Positions 62,600 through 64,000 of a stretch of 64,000 bases of DNA are shown in pieces. Below the pieces are notes generated by a model that saw nothing but the letters and a program-made list of their open reading frames with translations, had not been told where the DNA came from and made no database searches. Each line of letters opens with the position of its first letter. Position 1 is the stretch's first letter. Source of the stretch: Myxococcota bacterium (GTDB lineage Bacteria; Myxococcota; Myxococcia; Myxococcales; Myxococcaceae); contig JBMORD010000219.1 in NCBI GenBank assembly GCA_049322495.1, positions 1 through 64,000 of the forward strand, in the 5' to 3' direction. A program made the position numbers and the translations under genes.

Positions 62600-64000
62600 G
62601 TGCGCGCAGTGCTCGCCGACCTCCGCGCGCTCGAGCGCATGCTGGCCGAAGGGCGCTTCGAGAAGGGCGTCCGCCGCATCGGCGCCGAGCAGGAGATGTT
62701 CCTCACCGACCGCGGCTACCTCCCCGCGCCGGGCGCGCTGAAGATGCTCGAGCGGCTGAAGGACCCGCACTTCACCACCGAGCTCGGCGCCTTCCAGCTC
62801 GAGATGAACGCCTCGCCGCAGGACTTCCGCGCCGACGGCTTCTCGCAGATGGAGCGTCAGATGACGACGCTCATGCAGAAGGTGTGGAAGGCCGCCGGCG
62901 AGCTCGGGCTCCACGCGATCCTCGTGGGCATCCTCCCCACCATGCGCCAGGCCGACCTGGGCATGGAGAACATGGTGCCCAGCCCGCGCTACCTCGCGCT
63001 CTCGAAGGCGGTCGCGGCGATGCGCGGCGGCGACTTCGAGTTCAGCATTCAGGGGCTCGACGAGCTGGTCATCGCCCACGAGTCGGTGATGGTCGAGGCG
63101 TGCAACTCGAGCTTCCAGGTGCACCTCCAGGTCGACGCCGACCGCTTCGCGCAGCAGTACAACCTCGCGCAGGTGCTCGCCGGCCCGCTGATGAGCGTGT
63201 CGTGCAACTCGCCGCTGCTCTTCGGCAAGCGGCTGTGGGCCGAGACGCGCATCGCCCTCTTCCAGCAGTCGGTCGACACGCGCAGCAAGACGCAGCACCT
63301 GCGCAACTCGGCGGCGCGCGTCACCTTCGGCACGCGCTTCGTCGAGAAGTCGATCACCGAGATCTACCGCGAAGACATCGCGCGCTTCCGCACGCTGGTG
63401 GGCACCGACCTCGACGAAGACCCGATGGCGGTGCTCGACGCGGGGCGCACGCCGCAGCTCAAGGCGCTGCGGCTCCACACCGGCACCATCTACCGGTGGA
63501 ACCGCGCCTGCTACGGCATCATGGACGGCAGGCCGCACCTCCGCATCGAGAACCGCGTGATGCCCTCGGGCCCCACGGTGCCCGACGAGGTCGCCAACGG
63601 CGCGTTCTGGTGCGGGCTGATGGTCGAGCTCGGCGAGCGCTACGACGACATCACGAAGCACATCGACTTCGACCACGCGGCCGGCAACTTCTACACCGCC
63701 GCGCGCGAGGGCTACGTGGCGCCCATCACCTGGCTCGACGGCGAGGAGATCTCCGCGCAGAAGCTGGTGCTCGATCGCCTGCTCCCCGCCGCGGAGGCGG
63801 GCCTGCGGCGCCAGCAGGTCGACGAGGCCGACATTCGCCGCTACCTGGGCATCATCGACGCGCGCATCCGCAGCGGGCGCACCGGCGCGCGGTGGCTCAC
63901 CTCGTCGCTCCACCGCATGAAGGACGAGGGCAGCGCGGGCCAGCGCGCCACGGCGCTGGTGGCGGCCACCATTGAACGTCAGCAGACCGGCAAGCCGGTG
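62600..64000 (+). CDS. Glutamate--cysteine ligase family 2 (GCS2/YbdK-like carboxylate-amine ligase), 3' partial
   Basis: This frame is not in the ORF track because it runs off the window. 'RRIGAEQEMFLTD', 'FQLEMNASP' and 'RIENRVMPSGPTVPDEVANGAFWCGLM' match the GCS2 core. The start is uncertain: the frame opens at 62513 and GTG codons occur at 62600 and 62609. Confidence 0.7.
   Translation, partial: MRAVLADLRALERMLAEGRFEKGVRRIGAEQEMFLTDRGYLPAPGALKMLERLKDPHFTTELGAFQLEMNASPQDFRADGFSQMERQMTTLMQKVWKAAGELGLHAILVGILPTMRQADLGMENMVPSPRYLALSKAVAAMRGGDFEFSIQGLDELVIAHESVMVEACNSSFQVHLQVDADRFAQQYNLAQVLAGPLMSVSCNSPLLFGKRLWAETRIALFQQSVDTRSKTQHLRNSAARVTFGTRFVEKSITEIYREDIARFRTLVGTDLDEDPMAVLDAGRTPQLKALRLHTGTIYRWNRACYGIMDGRPHLRIENRVMPSGPTVPDEVANGAFWCGLMVELGERYDDITKHIDFDHAAGNFYTAAREGYVAPITWLDGEEISAQKLVLDRLLPAAEAGLRRQQVDEADIRRYLGIIDARIRSGRTGARWLTSSLHRMKDEGSAGQRATALVAATIERQQTGKPV

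Overview
This is a high-GC (roughly 68-70%) chromosomal segment with Myxococcota hallmarks: a MYXO-CTERM sorting tail, an MglA-family GTPase, and Cys-rich lipoproteins. About 55 protein-coding genes are densely packed on both strands, and long antisense shadow ORFs are common because of the GC content. I saw no rRNA, tRNA or CRISPR array by eye, though I cannot run a structural scan. Three things stand out. First, a bacterial homologue of the eukaryotic major vault protein (MVP, 28524-30632, minus strand). Second, an RHS polymorphic-toxin locus resembling a Tc toxin complex: a TcA-like lipoprotein, then a TcB/TcC-like SpvB/RHS/Hint protein whose toxin tip sits in a sharply low-GC block, then a low-GC gene that is probably its immunity partner (47905-58366). 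Third, an MglA-family Ras-like GTPase translationally coupled to a PocR-domain histidine kinase, with no mglB (39135-41314). Recognisable metabolic genes include cydAB, an iorAB + ADP-forming acyl-CoA synthetase operon, a lipA-lif lipase/foldase pair, glgA, and a DUF1549/DUF1553 - cytochrome c - DUF1501 triad. A 57-bp tandem hairpin repeat sits just upstream of glgA.
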